Source of the DNA: a virus
Lineage: Duplodnaviria; Caudoviricetes
Strand: one strand, 5' to 3'
Virus record (IMG/VR): IMGVR_UViG_2816332256_000001
Location: 1 to 64,000 of that record
DNA length: 64,000 nucleotides
The notes under the pieces were generated by a model that worked only from the letters and a program-made list of their open reading frames with translations, made no database searches and was not told where the DNA came from. The position numbers and the translations under genes were made by a program. Shown piece after piece: positions 46,199 through 55,696 of the stretch (its first letter is position 1; each line of letters starts with the position of its first letter).

Positions 46199-46661
46199 TT
46201 AGAGGATTCCGAAGCGCTTGCAGGTGTAGTCGATCGCGATCGCGATAACTGCAACTGCGATGAAGGTCGCGAGAACGAGTGCACGTGCGGCGCGCGGATG
46301 CCGGCGCTCGAAGAGGTCGGCGTGATCGGTGAAGCGGCTCATGATGGCCTCGTGGGAGCGATGACAGGCGCGTCGTCTGGCGCACTGATCAGCGTCGGCA
46401 CGACAAGCCAGACGAAGACGAACAGGATCGTCGCGACGACGAACCACAGGCCGACCAGCTCGCCGACCTTGCGCAGAAAGGACTTCATCCGAGGCTCCGC
46501 AGATACGGGCCGGCCAGATCAGCGCCGAACCAGAGCGCGCCGATCGCGGCGCCGTATGCGACTGCCCATGCCGAGCCTTCGATTACGTAGCGCAGGCGCG
46601 ATACAGGCGATTGCCTGTATTCGCGAAATACAGGCTGCAGGCTGTTGAGGGGCGAGCGCAT
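46199..46661 (-). CDS. Three tandem small single-TM proteins (46199-46342, 46339-46488, 46485-46661)
   Basis: Each 47-58 aa with one hydrophobic stretch; ATGA-coupled. Confidence 0.55.
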
Positions 46662-46906
46662 CAGTGGTTCCTCCGCAGCGTCCGCTCGGCGAAAGTCGCG
46701 ACGTTGTGCTTCGTACGGTCGAGGATCTGCTGCGCGATCGCCTCGCCGCCGACCATCGCGATGCCGAGCGCCGCCTTGCTGATCAGCATTTCCATCACGT
46801 TCGCGAGCGCGTTCGGATTGCCATACGCACCGGATTCACGCACGTAGTCGGCGATCAGCTTTTCAGCGAGGTCGCCGCATTGCGTGGGGGATTTGAGATT
46901 GCTCAT
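46661..46906 (-). CDS. Hypothetical phage early protein
   Basis: 81-aa ORF, coupled to neighbours. Confidence 0.6.
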   Translation of the reverse strand: MSNLKSPTQCGDLAEKLIADYVRESGAYGNPNALANVMEMLISKAALGIAMVGGEAIAQQILDRTKHNVATFAERTLRRNH

Positions 46907-47253
46907 CGGTCGACTCCGGCGATGGTGATGTGGCGAACGGGATAGGACGCTGGCATGGGTGCGGCGAAGCCTGCCTTCGCCAGCGCGTCATCGACAACGG
47001 CGCGGATGCCTGACGTGAGCACGGTCTTGGACGCGACCAGGTGCAGTGCGTCGATCAGGTGCGCCATCGGTTGAAGGTGTGCGTCGAGAGAGCGGTCGGC
47101 CGCGAGCGAGCGCGCATAGGCATCGGCCGACGCACTGTCGTCGACATCCGGGGGCAGCTCGCCATACGCGAAGCTCGAGTCGGCCCGCTCCTGCGCGAGC
47201 TCCTTCGCGCGCTGCAGCCACGCCTGACCGAGCGTGTGCTTGATCTCGTTCAT
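46903..47253 (-). CDS. Hypothetical phage early protein
   Basis: 116 aa from ATG 47253; coupled to neighbours. Confidence 0.55.
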   Translation of the reverse strand: MNEIKHTLGQAWLQRAKELAQERADSSFAYGELPPDVDDSASADAYARSLAADRSLDAHLQPMAHLIDALHLVASKTVLTSGIRAVVDDALAKAGFAAPMPASYPVRHITIAGVDR

Positions 47254-47477
47254 GCTTTGCCTCGAGCGCGGAGCATGGCGTCGGCCACGCTGTACGCGAG
47301 AACGGCAACTTTGTCGGTTCGATCCTCGCCCAGCTTCACGTTCGGGTCGGCGAGCAAGCCGGCGATTGCCTTCGCCGCAAAGTAGTCGCGCAGCTTCATG
47401 CCGGGTTGGCCTTCGTATCCGTTGCAGTCGCCGGGAACTTCCGGAAACGCCGGGCCACCGCCGTTGATCTCGTTCAT
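47250..47477 (-). CDS. Conserved small phage protein (GGPAFP...LRDYFAAKA)
   Basis: Recognisable widespread phage motif. Confidence 0.75.
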   Translation of the reverse strand: MNEINGGGPAFPEVPGDCNGYEGQPGMKLRDYFAAKAIAGLLADPNVKLGEDRTDKVAVLAYSVADAMLRARGKA

Positions 47478-47525
47478 GTGGTCTCTCAGTGTGGTGTGAT
47501 CGCCAGCCGAAGCCGGCGCGGTTGC

Positions 47526-47942
47526 TCAGTCGTCGAGCGCGCGACGCCCGGCGTGATCGGTGCAGCTGGAGAACCCGGCGTTGGCCGGGCCGAACTTCTG
47601 GCCGCATCCCGAGCAGTAGACGTTGGCGAAACTCGGCACGGCGCCGGCGAGATCGGCGGCCGTGATACGCCGCGCAATTTCCGCTTTCAGAACGTCTTGG
47701 CAGATGTTCCAGACCTCGTACACGTCCTCGATCCGACCGCGGCGCAGTGCCGCGTCGAGTACGGCGATCTGTTCGGTCGAGAACGGCAGCACGTCGAACG
47801 TGACGTGCTCGGCGATCGCTTCGTTGCGCTCGTCGCGCGCTAACGCGGCGTCTTCGGCCGCGGCCTGCAGCTGCTCGGCGCGTCGGTCGACCAGCGCGGG
47901 CAGTGCGCGGACGTTGTGGTGATGAGGTCGAGGAGTGTGCAT
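47526..47942 (-). CDS. Hypothetical protein with C-terminal Zn-ribbon; first gene of the PL operon
   Basis: YCSGCG...FSSC..H; GGAGGG RBS. Confidence 0.6.
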   Translation of the reverse strand: MHTPRPHHHNVRALPALVDRRAEQLQAAAEDAALARDERNEAIAEHVTFDVLPFSTEQIAVLDAALRRGRIEDVYEVWNICQDVLKAEIARRITAADLAGAVPSFANVYCSGCGQKFGPANAGFSSCTDHAGRRALDD

Positions 47943-48337
47943 CGCGCCCTCCGTTGAAAGTAGGATTGCTAATCAAATGTCCGTCTTGAATTGCGGCGGT
48001 ACATGCGCAGCTCTCACTGGTGACGCCTCAGAAGAAGAACCGCCACCGGTCAGAACTGCATTACTCGCGCGCCCGACTACTCCCGGCCGTGCCGGCTCCG
48101 GGCCGCGCGAGGTTTGTGCCGATTACGACGCCATCGGTCACGTGTTGCTGGCTGTCTTGTGTCAGGTTCACTCGGGTATTGCATGCCGCTGCGGTCTTCC
48201 GCAGCGTCCGTCCTGACTCACGACGCTGATCGCGCCGGCCGGTTGCTCCGCAAGTGCGGTCCCGGCTTACCTTCGATTGTTAGAGAGCGATCCGCTCGGG
48301 GCGGTGGCGCGGCGTCGGTGTCGCGTTGAGAAGAATT

Positions 48338-48375
48338 ATAACTAAGGTTATCGGTGTGTCAACAACCAAAGTTAT
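48338..48375. promoter_or_regulatory. OL operators of prophage 2
   Basis: ATAAC-TAAG-GTTAT (48338-48351) and ACAAC-CAAA-GTTAT (48362-48375); same palindrome as OR. Confidence 0.75.
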
Positions 48376-48471
48376 TGTGAGCGACGAAAATTTGTAACAG
48401 GCTGCTCTATGGCGGTTTGTTAAGCGCCTGCTGACAGCAGTTGAAAGTATTCGGGAACTGGCGCTAAACTG

Positions 48472-48487
48472 CTGTACATGCATACAG
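48472..48487. promoter_or_regulatory. LexA (SOS) box
   Basis: CTGT-ACATGCAT-ACAG directly downstream of TTGAAA(48441)-N18-TAAACT. Confidence 0.8.
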
Positions 48488-48518
48488 TATCGTGGCAAAC
48501 AGAAGACGAGGGCGGCCA

Positions 48519-48842
48519 GTGAAAGAAGAATCGAAGACGAGCCTGCGCTGCAGGCCTGGGGACTTGGCAAGGGTGGTGGCAAGCAGGAACCCGGCGCTGG
48601 TCGGCACGATCGTGGCGATTCAGCGGCTGCGGTCGGATGGTCGATGGGATGTGCTGCTCGAGAAACCCGCGTTTGGTTTCACGGAGCGGATGAAGCGACC
48701 GGTCGTGACTCGAGAGTTTTCGTTCTGGGATGCGTCGCTGGAACCGCTCCCTGAAGTCGCGCTGCGACTCAGTCGCCAGGCGGCCTGTCTTCGTCCTGAC
48801 TTGACGAAAGGCGGGGAGCTGACTGGGCTAGTAGCCCACTGA
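48519..48842 (+). CDS. SOS-box-preceded small protein (PGDLA family), candidate antirepressor
   Basis: CRPGDLARVV...VGTIVAI...WDV; GAGG RBS before GTG 48519; convergent with cI. Confidence 0.7.
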   Translation: MKEESKTSLRCRPGDLARVVASRNPALVGTIVAIQRLRSDGRWDVLLEKPAFGFTERMKRPVVTREFSFWDASLEPLPEVALRLSRQAACLRPDLTKGGELTGLVAH

Positions 48843-49113
48843 TGTACGCCTCGACTTTGGCGCGGCCGATCTCGTCGAGCCGATCGTAGCCCGGCGGAAC
48901 CGGTTGGGCTGCGTCGCCGAATTCGAGCCACTCCAGTGTGGTTTGCAGTGCGCGCGCGAGCGCGAACCCATTCGTGGTCGTGGTGCTGCCGCCTCGTTCA
49001 ACCTTGGCTATCGCCGGCTGCGATACGCCGACAAGTTCCGCGATGTGCTTCTGGGACAGGCCCAGTGCCTCGCGACGCTCCTTTGCCCGGCGCCCGAATT
49101 CAGGATTTTCCAT
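48769..49113 (-). CDS. CI-like HTH_XRE repressor lacking the S24 peptidase domain
   Basis: FGRRAKERREALGLSQKHIAELVGVSQPAIAKVERG...LEWL; ~114 aa. Confidence 0.85.
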   Translation of the reverse strand: MENPEFGRRAKERREALGLSQKHIAELVGVSQPAIAKVERGGSTTTTNGFALARALQTTLEWLEFGDAAQPVPPGYDRLDEIGRAKVEAYISGLLAQSAPRLSSSQDEDRPPGD

Positions 49114-49125
49114 AGCGGGCATCGT

Positions 49126-49191
49126 ATAACCTTGGTTGTAGCCGGGCAAATAACCAAAGTTCTTGCGGATGAATAACTTTGGTTATAGTAT
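49126..49191. promoter_or_regulatory. OR1-3 with divergent PR/PRM of prophage 2
   Basis: ATAAC-CTTG-GTTGT 49126, ATAAC-CAAA-GTTCT 49150, ATAAC-TTTG-GTTAT 49173; TTGCGG-N17-TAGTAT (+); TTGCCC-N17-TACGAT (-). Confidence 0.75.
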
Positions 49192-49197
49192 TGCCGC

Positions 49198-49509
49198 ATG
49201 AAACCGACCAATTGCTCCGTGCCGGCTCTGCAGGCAGCGATCCAAAAAGCTGGGTCGCAGTCCGCACTTGCCCGCCTGATCGGCAAAAAGCAGCCGCACA
49301 TCCACAAGTGGCTGCATTCCCCCAATGCAATGAGACCCGAGAACTGCGTCCTCGTGGGGAATGCCGTCGGCATCCCGTACAGGGACTTTCGCCCCACCGA
49401 TTGGCATCTGATCTGGCCTGATCCCGCGGTAGCTGCCTCGACGGGGCGCTTGGACGCGTGCATGTCAGAAGGAGGGCAGCGCGACGTGCTTCGCGCAGGC
49501 GTCGACTGA
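49198..49509 (+). CDS. Cro/YdaS-like protein
   Basis: LQAAIQKAGSQSALARLIGKKQPHIHKWL. Confidence 0.85.
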   Translation: MKPTNCSVPALQAAIQKAGSQSALARLIGKKQPHIHKWLHSPNAMRPENCVLVGNAVGIPYRDFRPTDWHLIWPDPAVAASTGRLDACMSEGGQRDVLRAGVD

Positions 49510-49613
49510 TCGCAATGGTTTGCATTCGTTGATAGCTGGCCAGGTGTTGTCCTGGCCTTTATTTCGCCCCGGCGCCAACTGGGTAAGCAAGTGGGTAATC
49601 AACTGGGTAACGA

Positions 49614-50000
49614 TTGATTTTGCGTATGAACCAGACCGAATTCAGGATGTTCGCGCCGTGGGTGCAGGCCGCAACGCTGCCGGACGGGGAGATCGAAGCG
49701 ATGAGCTTCGAGGATTGCCTCGCGCACGCGCTCGAGCTCGGGCTGCGACGCTTCGATCGCAAGACGCTCGCGCGCAACTGCGACATTCACTATCCGCACT
49801 TTGGCGACCTGGTTGCCGGCCGCCGGCCGTTTCCGGCGACGAAGCTGCACCTGTTCTGCATGTTCACCGGCTGCGATTACCCGCGGCAGTGGCTCGCGAT
49901 CCAGGAGCGCAAGGCGATCGAGGAATACCGGCGGCTCAGCCAGCAGGCGATCGGCGAGTTCGTTCAGCAGGCATTCGGCCAACGGCAGGCGGCGGCATGA
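49614..50000 (+). CDS. CII-like regulator (putative)
   Basis: Position after cro; HTH-like DRKTLARNCDIHYPHF. Confidence 0.55.
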   Translation: MILRMNQTEFRMFAPWVQAATLPDGEIEAMSFEDCLAHALELGLRRFDRKTLARNCDIHYPHFGDLVAGRRPFPATKLHLFCMFTGCDYPRQWLAIQERKAIEEYRRLSQQAIGEFVQQAFGQRQAAA

Positions 50001-50221
50001 CGTTGACGCTCAGCCACCGCGACGTCGGCAAGCACTTCGCCCGCAAGCTCGGGCGCCCCATGACCTACCTCGGCCTCATCGAGGAAAAGCACCTTTTCAT
50101 CTTCCGCGATCCACCGCAGGACTACCTCGCGTTCCGGGCCGACCAGCTCTGGATGCTCGAGCGCATGCGGCCGGAGGCGGCGCCGATCGACAGCAACAAG
50201 AAGGAGGGCGGCTCGTGCTGA
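49997..50221 (+). CDS. Hypothetical phage protein
   Basis: 74 aa, coupled to both neighbours. Confidence 0.55.
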   Translation: MTLTLSHRDVGKHFARKLGRPMTYLGLIEEKHLFIFRDPPQDYLAFRADQLWMLERMRPEAAPIDSNKKEGGSC

Positions 50222-50442
50222 CCCAACTGTTCGAGCGCGCGGCGTTCCGCGCAGGCTGGCGCGCCGCGCGCGCCGGCGTCCCGTTCCATGAGAACCCGCT
50301 GCGCGGCCCGCTCGCAAACTTCGCGCGGCAGTGGGGGCGCGGCTGGGCTGCGGCGAACGACTGCCCGCGTTGGTACAGCGTTTTCGATTGGGAGGCAGGG
50401 ATTCGCCCGACATCCGCTGAATTGGCGTTGGAGGCGGCATGA
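50215..50442 (+). CDS. Ribosome-modulation-factor-like small protein
   Basis: FERAAFRAGWRAARAG...NP...ARQWGRGW follows the RMF pattern (ERA..RGY.AG..G...CPY...R..WLGGW). Confidence 0.55.
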   Translation: MLTQLFERAAFRAGWRAARAGVPFHENPLRGPLANFARQWGRGWAAANDCPRWYSVFDWEAGIRPTSAELALEAA

Positions 50443-51308
50443 CCTGGGCCCACGATGACCTCGCCAAGGATCTCGCCGCGCATCTTCGCGGCGCATCCGA
50501 TCGCCTCGTATGGACCGACATGCAGCTCGGGCCGGCCGGCTCGCCGCGGCCTGACGTCTACACGGTGCCGTGCTCCTTCGCACGGTTTCAACCGGTCGCC
50601 TACGAATGCAAGATCAGCGTCGCCGATTTCCGGCGTGACGTGACGGCCGGCAAATGGACGTCATACCTGCGCTTCGCCGCCGGCGTGATCTTCGCCGCGC
50701 CGGCCGGCCTGCTGAAGAAAGAGGACGTTCCGGCCGGTTGCGGGCTGATCGTACGCGGCCCGGACGGCTGGCGCTCGTTGAAGGGCCCGACGCTGAAGAA
50801 CATGGAGAACCTGCCGCGCGACGCGTGGATCAAGCTGATCATCGACGGCATGGCCCGGCTCGCGGATCAGGGCCGCGAGCAGCTGCGGGCCGGACTCTGC
50901 AACGAATGGACGCTCGAGAAGAAGCTGCGCGCGCGCTTCGGCGACATTGTCGCGGATGCCGTGCGGGACCAGCTGCATGCGGAACGCCGACTGAAGGTCG
51001 CCACCGAGCGGCTTGAGAACCTGGCCGAAGAGGCGGAAAAGGAGCGCCGGCTGATCCTCGATCGGGCGAAGGAGCATGCGGAGCGCGACGCGATGCAAAT
51101 CGACAGCACGCGCGGCGAGCTCGCGCGTGCGCTTGGGCTGCCGGCGAGCGCCGGCGCATGGGAGATCGCCAGCGCCTGCAAACAGGCCGCGCGCCGGGTC
51201 AGCGTCGATCTTGAGGTCAAGAGACTCCGTCAGCAGCTGGAGCGCATCCAGGTTGCGATCGAATCGGCCGCCGAGCCGCTGCCACACATCGCGCGGGAGG
51301 TGGCGTGA
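50439..51308 (+). CDS. MmcB-like PD-(D/E)XK nuclease with coiled-coil tail
   Basis: RPDV...[13 protein letters not shown]...KW..Y. Confidence 0.75.
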   Translation: MTWAHDDLAKDLAAHLRGASDRLVWTDMQLGPAGSPRPDVYTVPCSFARFQPVAYECKISVADFRRDVTAGKWTSYLRFAAGVIFAAPAGLLKKEDVPAGCGLIVRGPDGWRSLKGPTLKNMENLPRDAWIKLIIDGMARLADQGREQLRAGLCNEWTLEKKLRARFGDIVADAVRDQLHAERRLKVATERLENLAEEAEKERRLILDRAKEHAERDAMQIDSTRGELARALGLPASAGAWEIASACKQAARRVSVDLEVKRLRQQLERIQVAIESAAEPLPHIAREVA

Positions 51309-52390
51309 ACTGGCTCGACCGTTCCCACCGCGGCGACTGCCGCGACCTGATGCGCGCGATGATCGCCGACGGCGTGCGCGTGCAGACGATCGTGACGTCG
51401 CCGCCGTACTGGGGCCTGCGTTCGTATCTGCCCGACGGCCACCCGGACAAGGCGCGCGAGATCGGGCAGGAGCCGACGCTGCGCGAGTTCATCGACACGC
51501 TGGTCGGCGTGTTCGATCTGGCGCGCGAGCTGCTCGCCGACGACGGCACGCTCTGGCTGAACATGGGCGACAGCTACGCGGGGTCGCGCGGCGCGCCGTG
51601 GGGCCCGTCACCGGCGTCCACCGAGGCGCGCGCGATGACGGCCAGCCGCCGCCGCGATGATGCGCCGGTACCGCGCTCCGACGTGCGCATTGCAGGGCTG
51701 AAGCCGAAGGATCTCGCCGGCCAGCCGTGGCGCCTCGCGTTCGCGCTTCAGGACGCCGGCTGGTATCTGCGGCAGGACATCATCTGGCACAAGCCGAACC
51801 CCATGCCGGAGAGCGTGCGTGACCGCTGCACGAAGGCGCACGAATACCTGTTCCTGCTCAGCAAGAGCGATCGGTACTACTTCGACACCGATGCGATGCG
51901 CGAGCCGCGTGCGCAGGACGAAGACAGCGCGATCTTCCGAGGCGGTTGCTACGTCGGCGGGGCAGCCGATAACGGAACTCTCGGGAAACGTAAGGTACCC
52001 GGCAACAAGTCACACAAGGGCACGGCGGCATCATCGTCCGACGAGAAGCACCGGACGAAAGCGGGGCTCGTCGCATACGCGGAACGAGAGCGTGCCGCAA
52101 ATCCATCCGATCTCGGCACGCGCAATCGGCGCAGCGTCTGGACGATCGCGACGCAGCCCTACGCGGCCGCGCATTTCGCGACCTTCCCCGAGGCGCTCGT
52201 CGAGCCCTGCGTGCTCGCCGGCAGCCGTCCGGGCGACGTCGTGTTCGACCCGTTCTTCGGCAGCGGCACGACGGGCCAGGTCGCGCAGCGGCTCGGCCGT
52301 CGCTTCCTCGGCTGCGAGCTGAACCCCGACTACGAGCAACTGCAGCGCGATCGCCTGCGCCAGCCCGGCCTCGTGCTGGAGGTGTCGTGA
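51305..52390 (+). CDS. DNA methyltransferase (N4-C/N6-A, beta class)
   Basis: Motif IV TSPPYW precedes motif [11 protein letters not shown]. Confidence 0.93.
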   Translation: MNWLDRSHRGDCRDLMRAMIADGVRVQTIVTSPPYWGLRSYLPDGHPDKAREIGQEPTLREFIDTLVGVFDLARELLADDGTLWLNMGDSYAGSRGAPWGPSPASTEARAMTASRRRDDAPVPRSDVRIAGLKPKDLAGQPWRLAFALQDAGWYLRQDIIWHKPNPMPESVRDRCTKAHEYLFLLSKSDRYYFDTDAMREPRAQDEDSAIFRGGCYVGGAADNGTLGKRKVPGNKSHKGTAASSSDEKHRTKAGLVAYAERERAANPSDLGTRNRRSVWTIATQPYAAAHFATFPEALVEPCVLAGSRPGDVVFDPFFGSGTTGQVAQRLGRRFLGCELNPDYEQLQRDRLRQPGLVLEVS

Positions 52391-53361
52391 CGGACCGGCC
52401 GACCCTTCACGTCGTCTCGCTGTCGGGCGGGAAGGACAGCACCGCGACACTGCTCGTCGCGCTCGAGCTGCACGGCCGCGAGAACGTCCGCGCCGCGTTC
52501 GCCGACACCGGCAACGAGCACGAGTCGACGTACGAATACGCGCTTGAATACCTGCCGCGCGCGCTCGGCATTACCGTCGACGTGGTGCGCGCCGACTTCG
52601 CAGACGAGTTCGCGACGAAGCGCGCGAACCTCGCGCGGATCGCGGCCGGCGAGCCGGAATCGGCAGTCTACGGAAAGCGCGAGTTCATGTACGCCTGGAC
52701 GCCCGAGGCGGCCGCTCGTGCGCTAGACCTGCTGCACCCGACCGGAAACCCGTTCCTTGACCTGTGCATGGTTCGAGGCGGTTTCCCATCGCGCAAGCGC
52801 CAGTTCTGCACCGAATACCTGAAGCGGAATCCGTTGACGGAATACGCGCTGCATCAGATCGACGCGGGGTATTTCGTCGAGTCATGGCAGGGCGTTCGCG
52901 CGGACGAGAGTGAGGCGCGCCGGTGGCTCCCGCATTACGAATGGCGCGGGGGGCATTACGCCGTGTTCCGTCCGATTCTGCGCTGGAACGTTGCCGACGT
53001 GTTCGATGCTCACGCGGCTGCTGGCATCACCGCGAACCCGCTTTACCGCGAAGGCATGACGCGCGTCGGGTGCATGCCCTGCATCAACGCGGGGAAGCTC
53101 GAATTGCGCGAGATCGCGCGCCGCTTTCCCGAGCACGTCGAGCGCATCGCCGCGTGGGAGAGCCTCGTTTCGGAGGTGTGTCGACCCTTGAGCCCCGTCT
53201 CATTCTTCCACATGGGTACAACGGGGCATTCGGGCCAAGCCACAACAGTGCATCAGGTCGTCGAGTGGTCGAAAACGACGCGCGGCGGCCGCCAATACGA
53301 CCTACTCGCGGACGCCGAGCCGGCGACCGCATGCGCTTCGGCGTACGGATTGTGCGAATGA
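52387..53361 (+). CDS. PAPS-reductase-family (PP-loop) protein
   Basis: [35 protein letters not shown]. Confidence 0.9.
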   Translation: MTDRPTLHVVSLSGGKDSTATLLVALELHGRENVRAAFADTGNEHESTYEYALEYLPRALGITVDVVRADFADEFATKRANLARIAAGEPESAVYGKREFMYAWTPEAAARALDLLHPTGNPFLDLCMVRGGFPSRKRQFCTEYLKRNPLTEYALHQIDAGYFVESWQGVRADESEARRWLPHYEWRGGHYAVFRPILRWNVADVFDAHAAAGITANPLYREGMTRVGCMPCINAGKLELREIARRFPEHVERIAAWESLVSEVCRPLSPVSFFHMGTTGHSGQATTVHQVVEWSKTTRGGRQYDLLADAEPATACASAYGLCE

Positions 53362-54467
53362 ATCAACTCCCGAATCCTCTCACCCCAGCGGACTGCAACC
53401 TCCGCGATTTCCCGTTCATGCCGCTCGAGGTGAAGCGTCTGCTGACGTCCGAGACGTGGATCCTCGGCAGCGGTGACGAGCGCGCGGCCGCGATCACGTT
53501 GTGGCTCGAAAGCTGGCATCAGATCCCGGCCGCGAGCCTGCCGGCCGACGACCGCATGCTCGGCCATCTGTCCCAGTCGAAGAACTGGAAGCGTGTGAAG
53601 GAACACGCGCTGCGCGGATGGGTGAAGTGTGCCGACGGCCGTCTCTATCACCCGGTCGTCGCCGAGAAGGTGCTCGAAGCGTGGGTCTCGAAGCTGACCA
53701 GCAGCTTGTCCGGCACCACGGGCAACGCGAAGCGCTGGGGTATCGAGGTCGACACGGTGGCAGTGCGTGCGCAGATCGTCGAGGCCGCGAACCTCCTGAA
53801 AGCGATCGCCCCGCAATCTGAATGGCTGAGAAAAAAGCAGGTCCGGGAGATCGTATCCGATTCGCGTCGCGATCCCGATCCGATCGCCCCCCGATCACCA
53901 ACGCAATCGCCCCCCGATTCGCCCCCCGATCGCAAGAGAGAGGGAGAGGGAGATGTAAACACAGCAAGCGGCGGCGGCACAGCACAGGGAGAGGGGGAAG
54001 AACCGCCGATCGCCGCCGCCGCTTTCGTCGAAATCCTCCGCTCGTCGGGCGTGGGCTTTGCCGCCGATGACGCACGATTGGCGGGCTGGCACGGCCGCGG
54101 CGTGACGGCCGACGACCTGCGCGCGGCGATTGCCACGGGGCGCAAGCGCCGAGAGCGCGAGCGCTCCGAGCAGCCGCTGAACCTCGGCTTGCTCGAGCTG
54201 ATCCTCGGCGATCTGCTCGCCGCGCGCGCCGCGAAGCCAGCGCCCGGGACACGCACCGTCGGTGACTGGTGGCGGTCGTGGACCGGAATCGTCGAGCACG
54301 GCGGCACGCTCGGCGTCGAGCAGGGCCGCGACGAACCTCCGTTCGATTTCAAGCTGCGCGTGTTCGACGCCGCGGGCGACGGCCCGTGGTGGGACGACCA
54401 CAACCGCGCATTTCGCAACACTGCCGGCCCCGTCGCGGCCGGCGCTTTGATGGGGGAAGGGCGATGA
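53358..54467 (+). CDS. DUF1376/YdaU-family replication initiator
   Basis: DCNLRDFPFMPLEV.RL..S..W...LW..SWHQ.PA.SLP.DD...DGRLYHPVVAE. Confidence 0.85.
   Translation: MNQLPNPLTPADCNLRDFPFMPLEVKRLLTSETWILGSGDERAAAITLWLESWHQIPAASLPADDRMLGHLSQSKNWKRVKEHALRGWVKCADGRLYHPVVAEKVLEAWVSKLTSSLSGTTGNAKRWGIEVDTVAVRAQIVEAANLLKAIAPQSEWLRKKQVREIVSDSRRDPDPIAPRSPTQSPPDSPPDRKREGEGDVNTASGGGTAQGEGEEPPIAAAAFVEILRSSGVGFAADDARLAGWHGRGVTADDLRAAIATGRKRRERERSEQPLNLGLLELILGDLLAARAAKPAPGTRTVGDWWRSWTGIVEHGGTLGVEQGRDEPPFDFKLRVFDAAGDGPWWDDHNRAFRNTAGPVAAGALMGEGR
53883..53930 (+). repeat. Iterons (A/T)TCGCCCCCCGAT x3, probable ori of prophage 2
   Basis: Copies at 53883, 53906 and 53918 inside the initiator gene, followed by a purine tract. 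Confidence 0.65.
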
Positions 54468-54724
54468 ACTGCAAACCGGGGGATCTGGCCGTGATCACGC
54501 ATGGTACGGCTCGCGATCGCATCGTCGAGGTGAAGGGGCCTTACGGCGACTACCTGCACCTCGGCTTCTGCTGGTACGTCGAAGCGCCTACGCCGGTCCC
54601 AGCAATGGACGCGAAGACCGGCTTGACCTGTCACATCACGAACGGCTGGTGTCCGGACATGTGGCTGCGGCCGATCAGTGGCGTGCCGGTGATGGATGAC
54701 ATCGAGGACGAGGTGACGGCATGA
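54464..54724 (+). CDS. PGDLA-family small protein (paralog of the SOS-linked genes)
   Basis: MNCKPGDLAVI...IVEV...WYV...LRPI. Confidence 0.7.
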   Translation: MNCKPGDLAVITHGTARDRIVEVKGPYGDYLHLGFCWYVEAPTPVPAMDAKTGLTCHITNGWCPDMWLRPISGVPVMDDIEDEVTA

Positions 54725-54891
54725 CGAAGCCCCGCATTTTCCGCGCGATCTTTCGCTCGCACATCGGTTTCGAGTGGGTTTGTCGCTCGAACGGTGCAAC
54801 GGGCTTGGGCAGCACGCCGCAAGAGGCATACGAGCGTTGGAAGGCGGCGTATTGGGAGCCTGCCGAGCAATACGGGAGGGGCGTGAAGTGA
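54721..54891 (+). CDS. Small hypothetical protein
   Basis: 56 aa; G.GSTPQEAYERW; coupled both sides. Confidence 0.55.
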   Translation: MTKPRIFRAIFRSHIGFEWVCRSNGATGLGSTPQEAYERWKAAYWEPAEQYGRGVK

Positions 54892-55358
54892 CCCAGCGAT
54901 CCCTCATCACTGCGTCGCCGATCGCGCAGCGCGTCGAGTTCGTCGTTCCCGGTACGCCGGTCGCGAAGGGGCGCCCGAAGTTCGCGCGCCGCGGCGCACA
55001 TGTCACGACCTACACGCCCGAGAAGACCGAGCGGTACGAGAACCTCGTGAAGATGGCCGCCCGCGCGGCGATGCGCAGCGCGTCGCCGTACGCCGGCCCG
55101 ATCCGCCTGATCGTGCACATCGGTCTGCCCATCCCGGCGAGCTGGTCGATGAAGCGTCAGGGCGAGGCGGCCGCCGGCGCGATCGGCGCGACGAAGAAGC
55201 CGGACGCCGACAACGTTGTCAAGGCGTTGAAGGACGGCATGAACGGAGTGGTGTACGTCGACGACGGCCAGGTCGTCGACCTGTGGGTGTCGAAGCGCTA
55301 CGCGCGCACGCCGGGCGTGCGGATCGAGGCGATCGAGTTGAATCTGAAGTCAGCATAA
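54888..55358 (+). CDS. rusA: RusA-family Holliday junction resolvase
   Basis: KKPDADNVVKALKDGMNGVVYVDDGQV. Confidence 0.9.
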   Translation: MTQRSLITASPIAQRVEFVVPGTPVAKGRPKFARRGAHVTTYTPEKTERYENLVKMAARAAMRSASPYAGPIRLIVHIGLPIPASWSMKRQGEAAAGAIGATKKPDADNVVKALKDGMNGVVYVDDGQVVDLWVSKRYARTPGVRIEAIELNLKSA

Positions 55359-55369
55359 GGAGCGGGGCC

Positions 55370-55696
55370 TTGAAAGCAAAAAGCAAACTCACCATCAACG
55401 CGATGATCGCGGCCATGAAGCCCGGCATCCGCTATTCGGCGCACGACCTCGCACGCCGCCTGAAGCACCCCGTTTCGTCGGTGCGCCAGCTGCTGTCGCT
55501 TGATGTCGCGCTCGCACGCCTCGACTGCCATTCTGAGAACCGAGGTCGGATGTACTCGCTCGCCGGCACCAGCCGCTCGCCCGGGACGCACGTTGACACG
55601 CGGATCCGCCCGGACTTCACGAGCAATCTGTCGGGCTACATGGCCGAGATCAACACGCGCCAGGCGTTGGCGATGACGACGCGGGGTGCGCGATGA
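55370..55696 (+). CDS. Small wHTH-like protein
   Basis: YSAHDLARRLKHPVSSVRQLL; TTG start with AGGAG RBS. Confidence 0.55.
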   Translation: MKAKSKLTINAMIAAMKPGIRYSAHDLARRLKHPVSSVRQLLSLDVALARLDCHSENRGRMYSLAGTSRSPGTHVDTRIRPDFTSNLSGYMAEINTRQALAMTTRGAR

